From: Thermodesulfobacteriota bacterium
Lineage (GTDB): Bacteria; Desulfobacterota; Desulfobulbia; Desulfobulbales; BM004
Reading direction: 5' to 3'
Length of the DNA stretch: 63,856 bases
NCBI GenBank assembly: GCA_042576125.1
Contig: JBHPCH010000001.1
Location: 1-63,856, forward strand
The translations under genes were made by a program, and so were the position numbers. A model generated the notes under the pieces. The model had not been told where the DNA came from. It saw only the letters and a program-made list of their open reading frames with translations, and made no database searches. Shown here piece by piece: positions 48,656-57,507 of this stretch (position 1 is its first letter; every line of letters begins with the position of its first letter).

Positions 48656-50113
48656 TTATTTTACCGCTTGCAGAAAATGAATCTGGTAGTTCACTGTGCA
48701 GCTGCCATAGGTTTTGACAAACCAATTGTCAAGCTGCTTGAGCCTGGCCTTGGTAAGTGCTGGAGAGCCACGGTGATGCCAGCCGCCTGTTCCGGTTTTC
48801 TTAATATGGACTAACAGATCATGAACTGATTCATATTGCTTTGCAATTAATTCCTGTTCAGCTGTTCCCATGGTAAAATATGCTCTGAGGGAGTTCTGCA
48901 GAGAGGTAACATCCGGGAATGCATTGGCTGCAACGTTTCCGGGAAATCCGAAAAGAGTTTTCATGCCCAGCCCCAATTTCTTTAAAGATTCAGGGCCAAA
49001 AATTGAACACAGAAAAACGCCTCCAGGTTTGAGAATCCTGGCAATATTCTTGAGTGAGTGGTCATGGTCTGAAAACCACTGCAGGGAGCCGTTGCTGGCT
49101 ATCAGGTCAAAGGATTCGTCAGAGGCTTTTTCCAGAAATTCCTCTCCCTCTGCGCAAATAAATTCAATAGTGTTTTTATGCAGTTTTTGACTGGCTTTTG
49201 CAATCATTTCAGGAGAAAAATCAAGTGCCACAATTTTTGCTGCAGGAAATTTGGCCGCCAGCAGGGAGGTGAAATTCCCGGTACCGCAGCCTATCTCAAG
49301 AATTGTTTTTACATTTGCAGCGTCCTGCGATTGAGGCAGTTTTGCCGCCAGTTTCTGTGCCACATCAGCCTGGATTTTGGCATAGTTGTCATACGATTCA
49401 GCAGCCTTGGAAAATTTTACCTGGATTGCATGTTTTTTCAATTCATCCTGCAGGGAGCATTTTTCAGAAAGAAATACTGCATGACCGCTATTTTCAATAA
49501 TTTCTAAAGTTGAGCCCTTGAGAGCCGCCATTTCTTTTAAAGGTGTAATGATGTCCTGTTTCCCGTGGATCAGGCGTACAGGAATTTCGGGCACAGGATT
49601 GGGAAGGATATATTTACTTAGAAAATGTAAACCCTGTTGCAAACGTTCAGTGTTCATTGCATCGAGATAAAGAGGTTCCAGGCTACCGCAGAAGTTTCTG
49701 TAGGACTCTTTGTCACCCAGGAAGCATTTTCGATAGAAGTTTTTTAGAAAAGCAACACGATTTTCAGCTAATTGAAGCTGCAATTCCTTAATTTCATGCC
49801 CGGGCCAGTGGGAGCGGAGTGAAACGAGTACCAGGGATTCAACCTTTTCCGGATGGCTGGCAGCAAAATCAAGTCCCAGCATGGCTCCCATGGACCACCC
49901 TATAATGCGTACTGGTTTTAAGTTATTTGCATCAAGAAGATGCAACAGGTCTACTGCAAACGTTTGAGGATCAATGGAGCTTTCCGGACAGATCCAGGCC
50001 GGTGATGGTTTAAGCAATCTAAGAATCCTGCCGTCAAAACCCCAGCCCGGCAAAAAAACAGTAACCGTTTTTTTGTCAATATCCGGCTCAATATTTAAAA
50101 ATGAATGGTTCAT
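48656..50113 (-). CDS. Fusion: BioH-like alpha/beta hydrolase plus BioC malonyl-ACP O-methyltransferase
   Basis: The N-terminal half has the nucleophile elbow GWSMGA. The C-terminal half has the SAM motif ILEIGCGTGNFT. It lies adjacent to bioF. Confidence 0.7.
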   Translation of the reverse strand: MNHSFLNIEPDIDKKTVTVFLPGWGFDGRILRLLKPSPAWICPESSIDPQTFAVDLLHLLDANNLKPVRIIGWSMGAMLGLDFAASHPEKVESLVLVSLRSHWPGHEIKELQLQLAENRVAFLKNFYRKCFLGDKESYRNFCGSLEPLYLDAMNTERLQQGLHFLSKYILPNPVPEIPVRLIHGKQDIITPLKEMAALKGSTLEIIENSGHAVFLSEKCSLQDELKKHAIQVKFSKAAESYDNYAKIQADVAQKLAAKLPQSQDAANVKTILEIGCGTGNFTSLLAAKFPAAKIVALDFSPEMIAKASQKLHKNTIEFICAEGEEFLEKASDESFDLIASNGSLQWFSDHDHSLKNIARILKPGGVFLCSIFGPESLKKLGLGMKTLFGFPGNVAANAFPDVTSLQNSLRAYFTMGTAEQELIAKQYESVHDLLVHIKKTGTGGWHHRGSPALTKARLKQLDNWFVKTYGSCTVNYQIHFLQAVK

Positions 50114-50170
50114 GTATTTTAGTCTATCGGATTATGAGTAAGACAGGCAAGGGCCAGAAAGCAAAATGGT

Positions 50171-51352
50171 TTAAACAGATGCTTTACGTAAAGCGTCGGC
50201 CAGTACCCTGGCGCATTTTTTCAGATCAGCCTCTTGGTGGAATCTTGTAATGGAAAATCTCAGGCGGGCTGAGCCTTCCGGCACAGTCGGCGGACGTACA
50301 GCCTTGACATAGATTTGGTTTTTCTGGAGTGTTTCTGCTACGACAAGGGCTTTAGCACTGTCGCCAATCATTACAGGGATAATCTGGGATGGTCCCGGGT
50401 CATCCCTTAAGCCGTTTTTGCGAAGTTGTTTTTTAAAGAAAGCAACCTTCTGGTGCAGTTCAAGGCGCAGTTGCGGTTCTGATTTGACGAGGTACAGGGC
50501 TGCAAGAGTAGCACCAACAACAGCCGGGGGCAAAGCTGTTGAATATATGAAGGTGCGGGCCCTGTTAATTAAAAAATCGATAACATCCCGGGCAGCAGCG
50601 GCATAGGCACCATAGCTGCCCAGGGCCTTGCCAAAGGTTCCCAGGGCTAAGTCCACCCCGTCGTTGACATTATCCTCCTCAATAATGCCGGAACCGTTCT
50701 GGCCATACAACCCAGTGGCGTGGGCCTCGTCAACCATTAATAAAAAGCCATAACGTTTTTTCAGGTTCACCAGCTCGGCCAGGGGGCAACGGTCTCCGTC
50801 CATACTGTAAATCGATTCGACGACGACCATTACCGTGTTGAACTGGCTGCGTTTTTCATGCAGGATCTGTTCAAGGTGCTCCAGGTCATTATGTCTGAAC
50901 CGTATGGTTCTTGCACCTGAAAGCATGCAACCGTCATAGATGCTTGCATGACTCAACCGGTCTGTAATAATGAGATCGCCCCTTCCCACCAGGGCAGGAA
51001 TAATGCCTGTATTGGCCAGGTAGCCGCTGCCGAAAGTCAGGGCAGCTTCTTTGGACTTGAGTTGTGCAATCTCCTGTTCCAGGAGGTGATTTATTTCCAG
51101 GTCGCCACTCATCAATCGAGCCGCCCCGGCTCCAGCCCCGAACATTTCCAGATATTTTTTGCTTGCAGAAATGACTTCAGGGTGCTCCGACAAAGCAAGG
51201 TAATCATTAGATGAAAAGTCCAGCATTTCATCCTCAGAGTCCAAAAGCCTGACCCAGCCGTGGCCAAGTCGGATTAAAGGTGATAACTCTCGCAGAGTTC
51301 CTGCTTTTTTTCTTTCCAAAAGGAATTTTTTCATCAATTCCATCAATTTCAC
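50171..51352 (-). CDS. bioF: 8-amino-7-oxononanoate synthase
   Basis: 393 aa, alpha-oxoamine synthase family (SNDYLAL, DEAHATG, PLP-lysine context GTFGKALG). Confidence 0.85.
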   Translation of the reverse strand: MKLMELMKKFLLERKKAGTLRELSPLIRLGHGWVRLLDSEDEMLDFSSNDYLALSEHPEVISASKKYLEMFGAGAGAARLMSGDLEINHLLEQEIAQLKSKEAALTFGSGYLANTGIIPALVGRGDLIITDRLSHASIYDGCMLSGARTIRFRHNDLEHLEQILHEKRSQFNTVMVVVESIYSMDGDRCPLAELVNLKKRYGFLLMVDEAHATGLYGQNGSGIIEEDNVNDGVDLALGTFGKALGSYGAYAAAARDVIDFLINRARTFIYSTALPPAVVGATLAALYLVKSEPQLRLELHQKVAFFKKQLRKNGLRDDPGPSQIIPVMIGDSAKALVVAETLQKNQIYVKAVRPPTVPEGSARLRFSITRFHQEADLKKCARVLADALRKASV

Positions 51353-51375
51353 CTTTTAAGTTCTAGTGCTGGGGA

Positions 51376-52743
51376 TTATTTTTTCAACCCGAAAATGGAC
51401 GTACGTTTTTTACCGGCAAAAGCCGGTCCGGATTTCCCTCTTTTTTTGTTTTTTCTTTTTTCTGAGGGCTTACGTTTAGCCTTGCCTTTGAAATACTCAA
51501 TTGATTCTGCCAGGACATGTTCAGGGATTTTTTTGTTGACTGTGGCTTCTGAATAAATACGGAAAAAAAGATCGCATTCCCGGTAATAACTTTTTCTTTT
51601 CACCCATTTGGGCCAACTGTTCTCTTTTGCATAGCGCATGAACTGTGGCAGGGTGACCAACTGCAGCGAAATGCTTTCTTTGTGGGCACGTTTGATGCTC
51701 ATGGGCCCGAGGATTTCATCAAGGTGTGCCCGTACTTTAATTAAGAGGCGATGAAATTCGGGTCCTTTGCTGTTTTTGTTAAGGATATCCAGCTCGGCTA
51801 TAGCCCAGGGAGCTAGGAGCAGGGAGAAGATGAGCTGGTCCGGCAGCTTCATGCCCCTGGTGTGCAGCCTGGCAACTACAGCCTGGATAGCAAGAAGCAG
51901 CTCCAGGTTCTGATTTCTGTCATCAGGAGTAAGAATTTCCTTATAAAAAGGGAAAAGCACATAGAAAATACCACTGTCGATTGCCAGTGCAACCCAGTCC
52001 CTGCAGGCAGTGCTGCGGAGATCTTTCATCAGTTCATCCCGAATTCGGGAAACAGGACAGAGATTCAGTTTATCTCTGTGGTCAATGATAGCCTGCCAGG
52101 TTTCTGAATCAATGGTAAAATTGTTACGTGCTGCATGGCGGATAACCCGCATCATTCGGCCCGGGTCCCTCTGTATTCTAATATCCGGTTCACCGATAAA
52201 ACGGATTATGCCCTGCTGCAGATCATTAACTCCATCAGTGTAGTCTATGATGGAAGAGTTCTCTATTTCATAGAAAAGCCCGTTGATAGTCAGGTCGCGG
52301 CGTAATGCATCATCCGGAGGGGTCCCAAAGGTGTTATTGGCTGCCAGGACTTTTTCTTTGGCATCGCTTTTCTCGCCATTTAAATCATATTCACTCTTAC
52401 AGCGGAAGGTTGAAACTTCGATGATCTTGCCGCCATGGAAAAAGATCTGAACCAATCTGAAGCGTCTGCCGATCAGACGGCTGTTTTTAAAAATTTTACG
52501 GAGTTGTCCGGGTTTGGCATTGGTACTGATGTCAAAATCTTTCGGGGTTTTGCCAAGGTAAAGGTCTCGGACCCCTCCACCAACCAGGTAGGCAACATAG
52601 CCGGCATCCCGCAGGCGGTATAGAACCTTCAGTGCTTCCCGGTCAATTTTTTTTCTCGAAATGGTATGGTTTGACCTGGGAATGATACGGGGTGTTGGGA
52701 TAGTCTCAACGGGCTTGCTTCCGGCTTCCGGGGAAGTAGGCAT
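51376..52743 (-). CDS. pcnB: Poly(A) polymerase I / tRNA nucleotidyltransferase-family protein
   Basis: 455 aa with GGGVRDLYLGKTPKDFD, RRDLTINGL, and a basic C-terminal tail. Confidence 0.8.
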   Translation of the reverse strand: MPTSPEAGSKPVETIPTPRIIPRSNHTISRKKIDREALKVLYRLRDAGYVAYLVGGGVRDLYLGKTPKDFDISTNAKPGQLRKIFKNSRLIGRRFRLVQIFFHGGKIIEVSTFRCKSEYDLNGEKSDAKEKVLAANNTFGTPPDDALRRDLTINGLFYEIENSSIIDYTDGVNDLQQGIIRFIGEPDIRIQRDPGRMMRVIRHAARNNFTIDSETWQAIIDHRDKLNLCPVSRIRDELMKDLRSTACRDWVALAIDSGIFYVLFPFYKEILTPDDRNQNLELLLAIQAVVARLHTRGMKLPDQLIFSLLLAPWAIAELDILNKNSKGPEFHRLLIKVRAHLDEILGPMSIKRAHKESISLQLVTLPQFMRYAKENSWPKWVKRKSYYRECDLFFRIYSEATVNKKIPEHVLAESIEYFKGKAKRKPSEKRKNKKRGKSGPAFAGKKRTSIFGLKK

Positions 52744-52775
52744 GGCTTATATTTTTATGCAGGATAACATCAGGG

Positions 52776-53750
52776 TTAGGAGGCTGCGAGTTCTTTATAA
52801 ACAGATTCAGCCTGCGAAGTAAACATGTCAAATACCTCTTTTACTGAGAGAATTTCTTTCATTTTGTAGACATTCTCCCCTGAAAAAACAAGGCCATCTT
52901 CGATATTTCCATCCCTTGCCTCTCTCAGTCTTTCAGAGATGCAATAAAAATGATCACATTTTTTCAGGCATTTGTACTTGCATTCCTTGGCCTTTAATTC
53001 TTTTCCGGCTTCCATTTTTTTAACAAATGGGGTCCTGATAGCCCTTCCAGGTAGTCCAACAGGGGAATGGATAAGAGTCACATCTTCTTTTTTGGCATTG
53101 AGATAGGCCTGCTTGAATGAGTCGGCAACGGAGCATTCATGGGTCAGGACAAAACGAGTGGCAATCTGTATGCCGTCAGCACCGTAATTATCCATCATTT
53201 CAGCCATTTCATAGCCGTTGGTTATACCACCGGCTGCAATGAGCGGAACTTTTTTTACCACCTTGCGGATCTTGGGAAACAGGTCCCGCAACGCAATGTC
53301 GGTACCCAGATGGCCGCCGGCCTCTTTGGCTTCAACAATAATTGCAGATGCTCCGAGTTTTTCTGCTAGCCTTGCAAAGGCTGGCGAGGAGACGATAGAA
53401 ACAATAGGCGTGTTGGTCTCTTTACCAATCTTGAAGATATCCCTTGAAAACCCGGCGCCGGTGATAATCATGTCCACCCCTGCTTCAATGGAGGCTTTAA
53501 CCGATTGGTAGAAATTTTTCATGGCAAACATGATGTTCACCGCAATAATGCCTTTTGTGGCAGCCTTTGCCTTTTGGATGTCTGCCATCAGTTCATCTAT
53601 TGGAATGGAAGAACCTCCGATTGTGCCTATTCCGCCGCATTCTGCGACAGGTATTGCAAGGTCAGAGGTAGAGACCCTGATTGACATTCCTCCCTGGATA
53701 AGGGGGATGGGGGCAACGAATGGTCCAATTTTAAGTGGGGGTAATTTCAT
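52776..53750 (-). CDS. Nitronate monooxygenase / FabK-like FMN oxidoreductase
   Basis: 324 aa TIM-barrel NMO family pattern (PLIQGGMS, GGIGTIG, AGGHLG, AAGGI), with a C-terminal CX3CX3CX4C cluster. Confidence 0.7.
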   Translation of the reverse strand: MKLPPLKIGPFVAPIPLIQGGMSIRVSTSDLAIPVAECGGIGTIGGSSIPIDELMADIQKAKAATKGIIAVNIMFAMKNFYQSVKASIEAGVDMIITGAGFSRDIFKIGKETNTPIVSIVSSPAFARLAEKLGASAIIVEAKEAGGHLGTDIALRDLFPKIRKVVKKVPLIAAGGITNGYEMAEMMDNYGADGIQIATRFVLTHECSVADSFKQAYLNAKKEDVTLIHSPVGLPGRAIRTPFVKKMEAGKELKAKECKYKCLKKCDHFYCISERLREARDGNIEDGLVFSGENVYKMKEILSVKEVFDMFTSQAESVYKELAAS

Positions 53751-54043
53751 GAGGTAATTAAAAGTGCGGAAATACTATGGAATTCGTGCAAGGTTCTCCG
53801 CTGCTTGTATTGCAACAATGCTGATGTTGTAAAGTATTAATAATAAGAAAATGGCTAAAGTTTTATAAATATAAATTAATAATATAAATTAATAACGGAG
53901 GAATATGCCCATCTTCCGGTCGTTTGTCAAGTCAAAGCGTTTTTCAATGGGTGACATTGCTTGACTTTTTGATGTAGGTGCGGGTAAAGTTGTCCGTTTA
54001 TTTTTATATTGTAATACATTTTTGCTGTTATTAGGAGATTATT

Positions 54044-55315
54044 TTGAGCTTAAAAGCTTTAAAAGGTTTTAAGGATATTTTACCTGATGAGGTTGGCCTC
54101 TGGCAATTCATAGAACAGAAAGCCCGGGACATTTATCACAGATACGGTTTTGAAGAGATTAAAGTCCCGATCCTTGAGAAGACAGAACTTTTTGTTCGCA
54201 CTATTGGCGAGAGCACCGATATAGTAGAAAAAGAGATGTACACCTTTAAAGACCGTAATGGTGCTTCCATAACCATGCGGCCAGAGGGAACTGCTTCGGT
54301 GATTCGCTCATATATTGAAAACGGTCTTTATGTCAGGGGGTCTGTGCAGCGTCTTTACACCATTGGCCCAATGTTCAGGCATGAAAGACCACAGAAGGGG
54401 CGCCTCAGGCAGTTCCATCAGATGAGCGTGGAAGTACTCGGCTCTGACCGTGCCATGGTAGACACAGAACTTATAGCCATGGCATGGCAACTCTTGCACG
54501 ATATAGGCCTGGAGGCAAGCCTTGAGATAAATTCACTTGGATGTCCTGACTGCCGCCCGTCTTTCAAGGAAACATTGCAGGATTTCATTAATGAGCGCTT
54601 GGAGCATCTTTGTGAAGACTGCCAGCGTCGCAGCGTCACCAATCCGCTGCGTGTGCTTGACTGCAAAAGTGTTCACTGCCAGGAACAGTACACCTCGGCG
54701 CCATCAATTCTTCAGCATCTTTGTGGGGTGTGCAGTGCACATTTTGATGAAGTCAAAGGAGGCATGGATCTTCTTGGTGTGCCGTATTCTGTCAACCCAA
54801 GAATGGTGCGGGGTCTCGATTATTATACAAGGACTGCTTTTGAGTTGATTACCACTGAACTTGGCGCCCAGGGTGCAATTGGCGCCGGAGGAAGATACAA
54901 CGGTCTGGTGAAACAGCTTGGTGGTCCGGATGTGCCTGGTATCGGTTTTGCCATGGGTATTGAAAGACTGGTTATGCTGTTGAATCAAAAAGATAAGCTT
55001 GAAGGCCACACTGGTCCTGACCTTTTTCTGGTTGCCCTGGGAGAGGCCGCCTATGAAAAGGGATTTCAGTTGATGCAGAAGCTGCGGTCCCTTGGAGTTC
55101 GGGTAATGATGGATCATGAGGGGAGGAGCATGAAAAACCAGATGAAGCAGGCGAATAAGCAGAAAGCAGGGTTTGTACTTATTCTGGGTGAGAATGAGCT
55201 GGAAAATAATGAAGCAGTCCTGAAAGACATGCTGTCCGGCGAGCAGGAACGTGTTGATCTTGCAGCTGATCTTGGAAAATGGGCCGCAGACGTCAAAACA
55301 AAAATCAGGCAATAA
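54044..55315 (+). CDS. hisS: Histidine--tRNA ligase
   Basis: 423 aa with a TTG start preceded by AGGAG, and class II motifs (MRPEGTASVIRSY, FRHERPQKGRLRQFHQ, GGRYNGL). Confidence 0.95.
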   Translation: MSLKALKGFKDILPDEVGLWQFIEQKARDIYHRYGFEEIKVPILEKTELFVRTIGESTDIVEKEMYTFKDRNGASITMRPEGTASVIRSYIENGLYVRGSVQRLYTIGPMFRHERPQKGRLRQFHQMSVEVLGSDRAMVDTELIAMAWQLLHDIGLEASLEINSLGCPDCRPSFKETLQDFINERLEHLCEDCQRRSVTNPLRVLDCKSVHCQEQYTSAPSILQHLCGVCSAHFDEVKGGMDLLGVPYSVNPRMVRGLDYYTRTAFELITTELGAQGAIGAGGRYNGLVKQLGGPDVPGIGFAMGIERLVMLLNQKDKLEGHTGPDLFLVALGEAAYEKGFQLMQKLRSLGVRVMMDHEGRSMKNQMKQANKQKAGFVLILGENELENNEAVLKDMLSGEQERVDLAADLGKWAADVKTKIRQ

Positions 55316-55397
55316 TATAGAAAAAATTCAGTACTCGGCTGAAAAACAGAATTTTACAGGCTGATTGCGCTGTTTACAAAAAATGAGGAGCAATAAA

Positions 55398-57179
55398 ATG
55401 GAATCGATGGGGGGACTCAAACGGAGTCATTCCTGTAATGATCTTGCAGTGGATAATGTCGGGGAAAATGTCACCCTGATGGGTTGGGTGCTGAGGCGCC
55501 GTGACCATGGCGGCGTTATATTCATTGATCTGCGGGACCGTTGGGGAATAACCCAGGTTGTTTTTAATCCTGAAATTCATGCCGAGGTTCATGCCAAGGC
55601 GCATCAATTAAGAAGTGAATGGGTTATAGCTGTTCAGGGCCGGGTGGAAAGAAGGCCTGCAGACATGGAGAATCACAACCTTAAAACAGGTTCGATCGAG
55701 GTACTGGTTGATACCTTGAAAATATTAAACTCAAGCCTTACTCCTCCGTTCCCACTGGATGAGGATATTGAGGTTTCGGAGAACCTGAGGCTTAAATACA
55801 GATATATTGACTTGCGGCGCCCTTTTATGACCTCGAATCTGATCGTACGGCATAAGGTGTCCCAGTCTGTGCGGAACTATCTGGATGAGAATGAGTTCCT
55901 GGAAATTGAAACACCGATACTGACCCGTTCAACCCCGGAAGGGGCAAGGGATTACCTGGTCCCAAGCAGGGTGAATGCAGGGAAATTCTACGCTCTGCCG
56001 CAGTCTCCTCAACTTTTCAAGCAGCTTTTAATGATGTCCGGAATGGACAGATATTACCAGATAGTTCGCTGTTTTCGCGATGAAGATCTCAGGGCTGACC
56101 GGCAGCCTGAGTTCACCCAGATCGATATGGAGCTTTCCTTTATTGAGGAGGAAGATATCTATAGCATTATTGAGGGTATGATGCTGAGGCTGTTCAAAGA
56201 TGTCATGAACATTGAGTTGTCACTACCATTCTCCAGAATGGATTATGATGAGGTAATTGCCCGTTTTGGCACGGACAGGCCTGATACAAGATTTGGTCTC
56301 GAGCTTGTTGATCTGACTGATATTGCAAGGGATTGCGGCTTCAATGTTTTTCAGTCCGTGACCAAGAAGGGCGGGCTGGTGAAAAGTATTAATGCCAAGG
56401 GATGCAGTGATTTTTCACGGAAAGATCTTGATGTCCTTACTGAATATGTCGGACAGTTCGGAGCCAAAGGGCTCGCCTGGGTTAAAGTAAAGGCTGCAGG
56501 AGAATGGCAGTCACCTATTACCAAGTTTTTTTCGGATAAGGAACGTGAGGCAATAAGCAGTGCACTTGGAGCAGAAGAAGATGATGTTCTTTTCTTTGTT
56601 GCTGACAAGGGGGCCATTGTCCATCAGGCATTGTCAGAACTGCGGCTGGAACTTGCACGGAGACTTGGCCTGATTGATAAGACCTCTTTTAATTTTGTCT
56701 GGGTCGTTGACTTTCCCTTATTGGAATATGATCACGATGAAAAAAGGCATACTGCAGTGCATCACCCATTTACGGCCCCCAAGGAAGAGGATATGGATCT
56801 CCTGGAAAAGGAGCCAGAACGTGTTCGCAGCAAGGCCTATGACCTGGTTTTAAACGGAGTTGAAATAGGTGGAGGCAGTATTCGTATACACCAGAAAAAA
56901 ATCCAGGATATTATTTTTAAAGCTTTGGGAATAAGCAGGGAAGAGGCTGAAGACAAATTCGGCTTTCTTCTGCAGGCCCTGGAACTTGGTGCCCCGCCCC
57001 ATGGAGGCATTGCATTTGGTCTTGACCGGCTTCTCATGATTTTAACCGGTCGGGAATCGATACGCGACGTAATTGCCTTTCCAAAGACCCAGAAGGCAAC
57101 CTGTCCACTCACCGAGGCACCAGCCTCTGTGTCCAGGAAGCAGCTTACCGAGTTGTATCTGCGCCCTGACTGGGAATAA
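55398..57179 (+). CDS. aspS: Aspartate--tRNA ligase
   Basis: The start was chosen at the ATG preceded by GAGGAG; the track ORF begins at 55365. Motifs FRDEDLRADRQPEFTQIDME and GGGSIRIH. Confidence 0.95.
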   Translation: MESMGGLKRSHSCNDLAVDNVGENVTLMGWVLRRRDHGGVIFIDLRDRWGITQVVFNPEIHAEVHAKAHQLRSEWVIAVQGRVERRPADMENHNLKTGSIEVLVDTLKILNSSLTPPFPLDEDIEVSENLRLKYRYIDLRRPFMTSNLIVRHKVSQSVRNYLDENEFLEIETPILTRSTPEGARDYLVPSRVNAGKFYALPQSPQLFKQLLMMSGMDRYYQIVRCFRDEDLRADRQPEFTQIDMELSFIEEEDIYSIIEGMMLRLFKDVMNIELSLPFSRMDYDEVIARFGTDRPDTRFGLELVDLTDIARDCGFNVFQSVTKKGGLVKSINAKGCSDFSRKDLDVLTEYVGQFGAKGLAWVKVKAAGEWQSPITKFFSDKEREAISSALGAEEDDVLFFVADKGAIVHQALSELRLELARRLGLIDKTSFNFVWVVDFPLLEYDHDEKRHTAVHHPFTAPKEEDMDLLEKEPERVRSKAYDLVLNGVEIGGGSIRIHQKKIQDIIFKALGISREEAEDKFGFLLQALELGAPPHGGIAFGLDRLLMILTGRESIRDVIAFPKTQKATCPLTEAPASVSRKQLTELYLRPDWE

Positions 57180-57197
57180 CGAGTTGATGTTGCCGTC

Positions 57198-57481
57198 TCT
57201 GCTTCGTCATCAAGAGTCTCGCATACTAACTGTATAGCGAGCCTCACTCTTCCTTGCATAAACAGGCAACCTAAACTCGCTATTAGAGTTGAACAATAAT
57301 TACGACCTAATACCCTTTATGCGCCAAGAACAGAAATAATCTCTTTAATGAGTTTTGGGAATAATCCTTAATTAATCAGTTTACAATATTTTGGTTAAAG
57401 ACTTTTAAGTTTGCAGAAGATGCAAGGAAGAAGTCGTTTTGTAGGAGTATGACTACACGAAGCGACTGATGACGCAGCAGA
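57198..57481. repeat. Two inverted copies of a ~62-nt hairpin module flanking an AT-rich spacer
   Basis: TCTGCTTCGTCATCA (57198-57212) vs the reverse complement of 57467-57481 (14/15 match). CTTCCTTGCAT (57249-57259) is the exact reverse complement of 57420-57430. Confidence 0.7.
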
Positions 57482-57507
57482 TTTTGTGAAATTGAAAGTC
57501 TTTGTGT

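Noticed and set aside
53905-53964. 19-codon ORF (MPIFRSFVKSKRFSMGDIA) with a GGAGGA Shine-Dalgarno and a GTCAAG..CTTGAC-TTTTT hairpin upstream of hisS
   Set aside because: It has no His codons, so it is not a His-attenuation leader. The hairpin has only 6 bp with a 28-nt loop. It could be chance in AT-rich DNA.
54704-55312. 202-aa minus-strand ORF
   Set aside because: It is antisense to hisS and has no motifs; a shadow ORF.
56837-57259. 140-aa minus-strand ORF spanning the aspS 3' end and the first hairpin module
   Set aside because: It is antisense to aspS and ends in the repeat; no coding signal.
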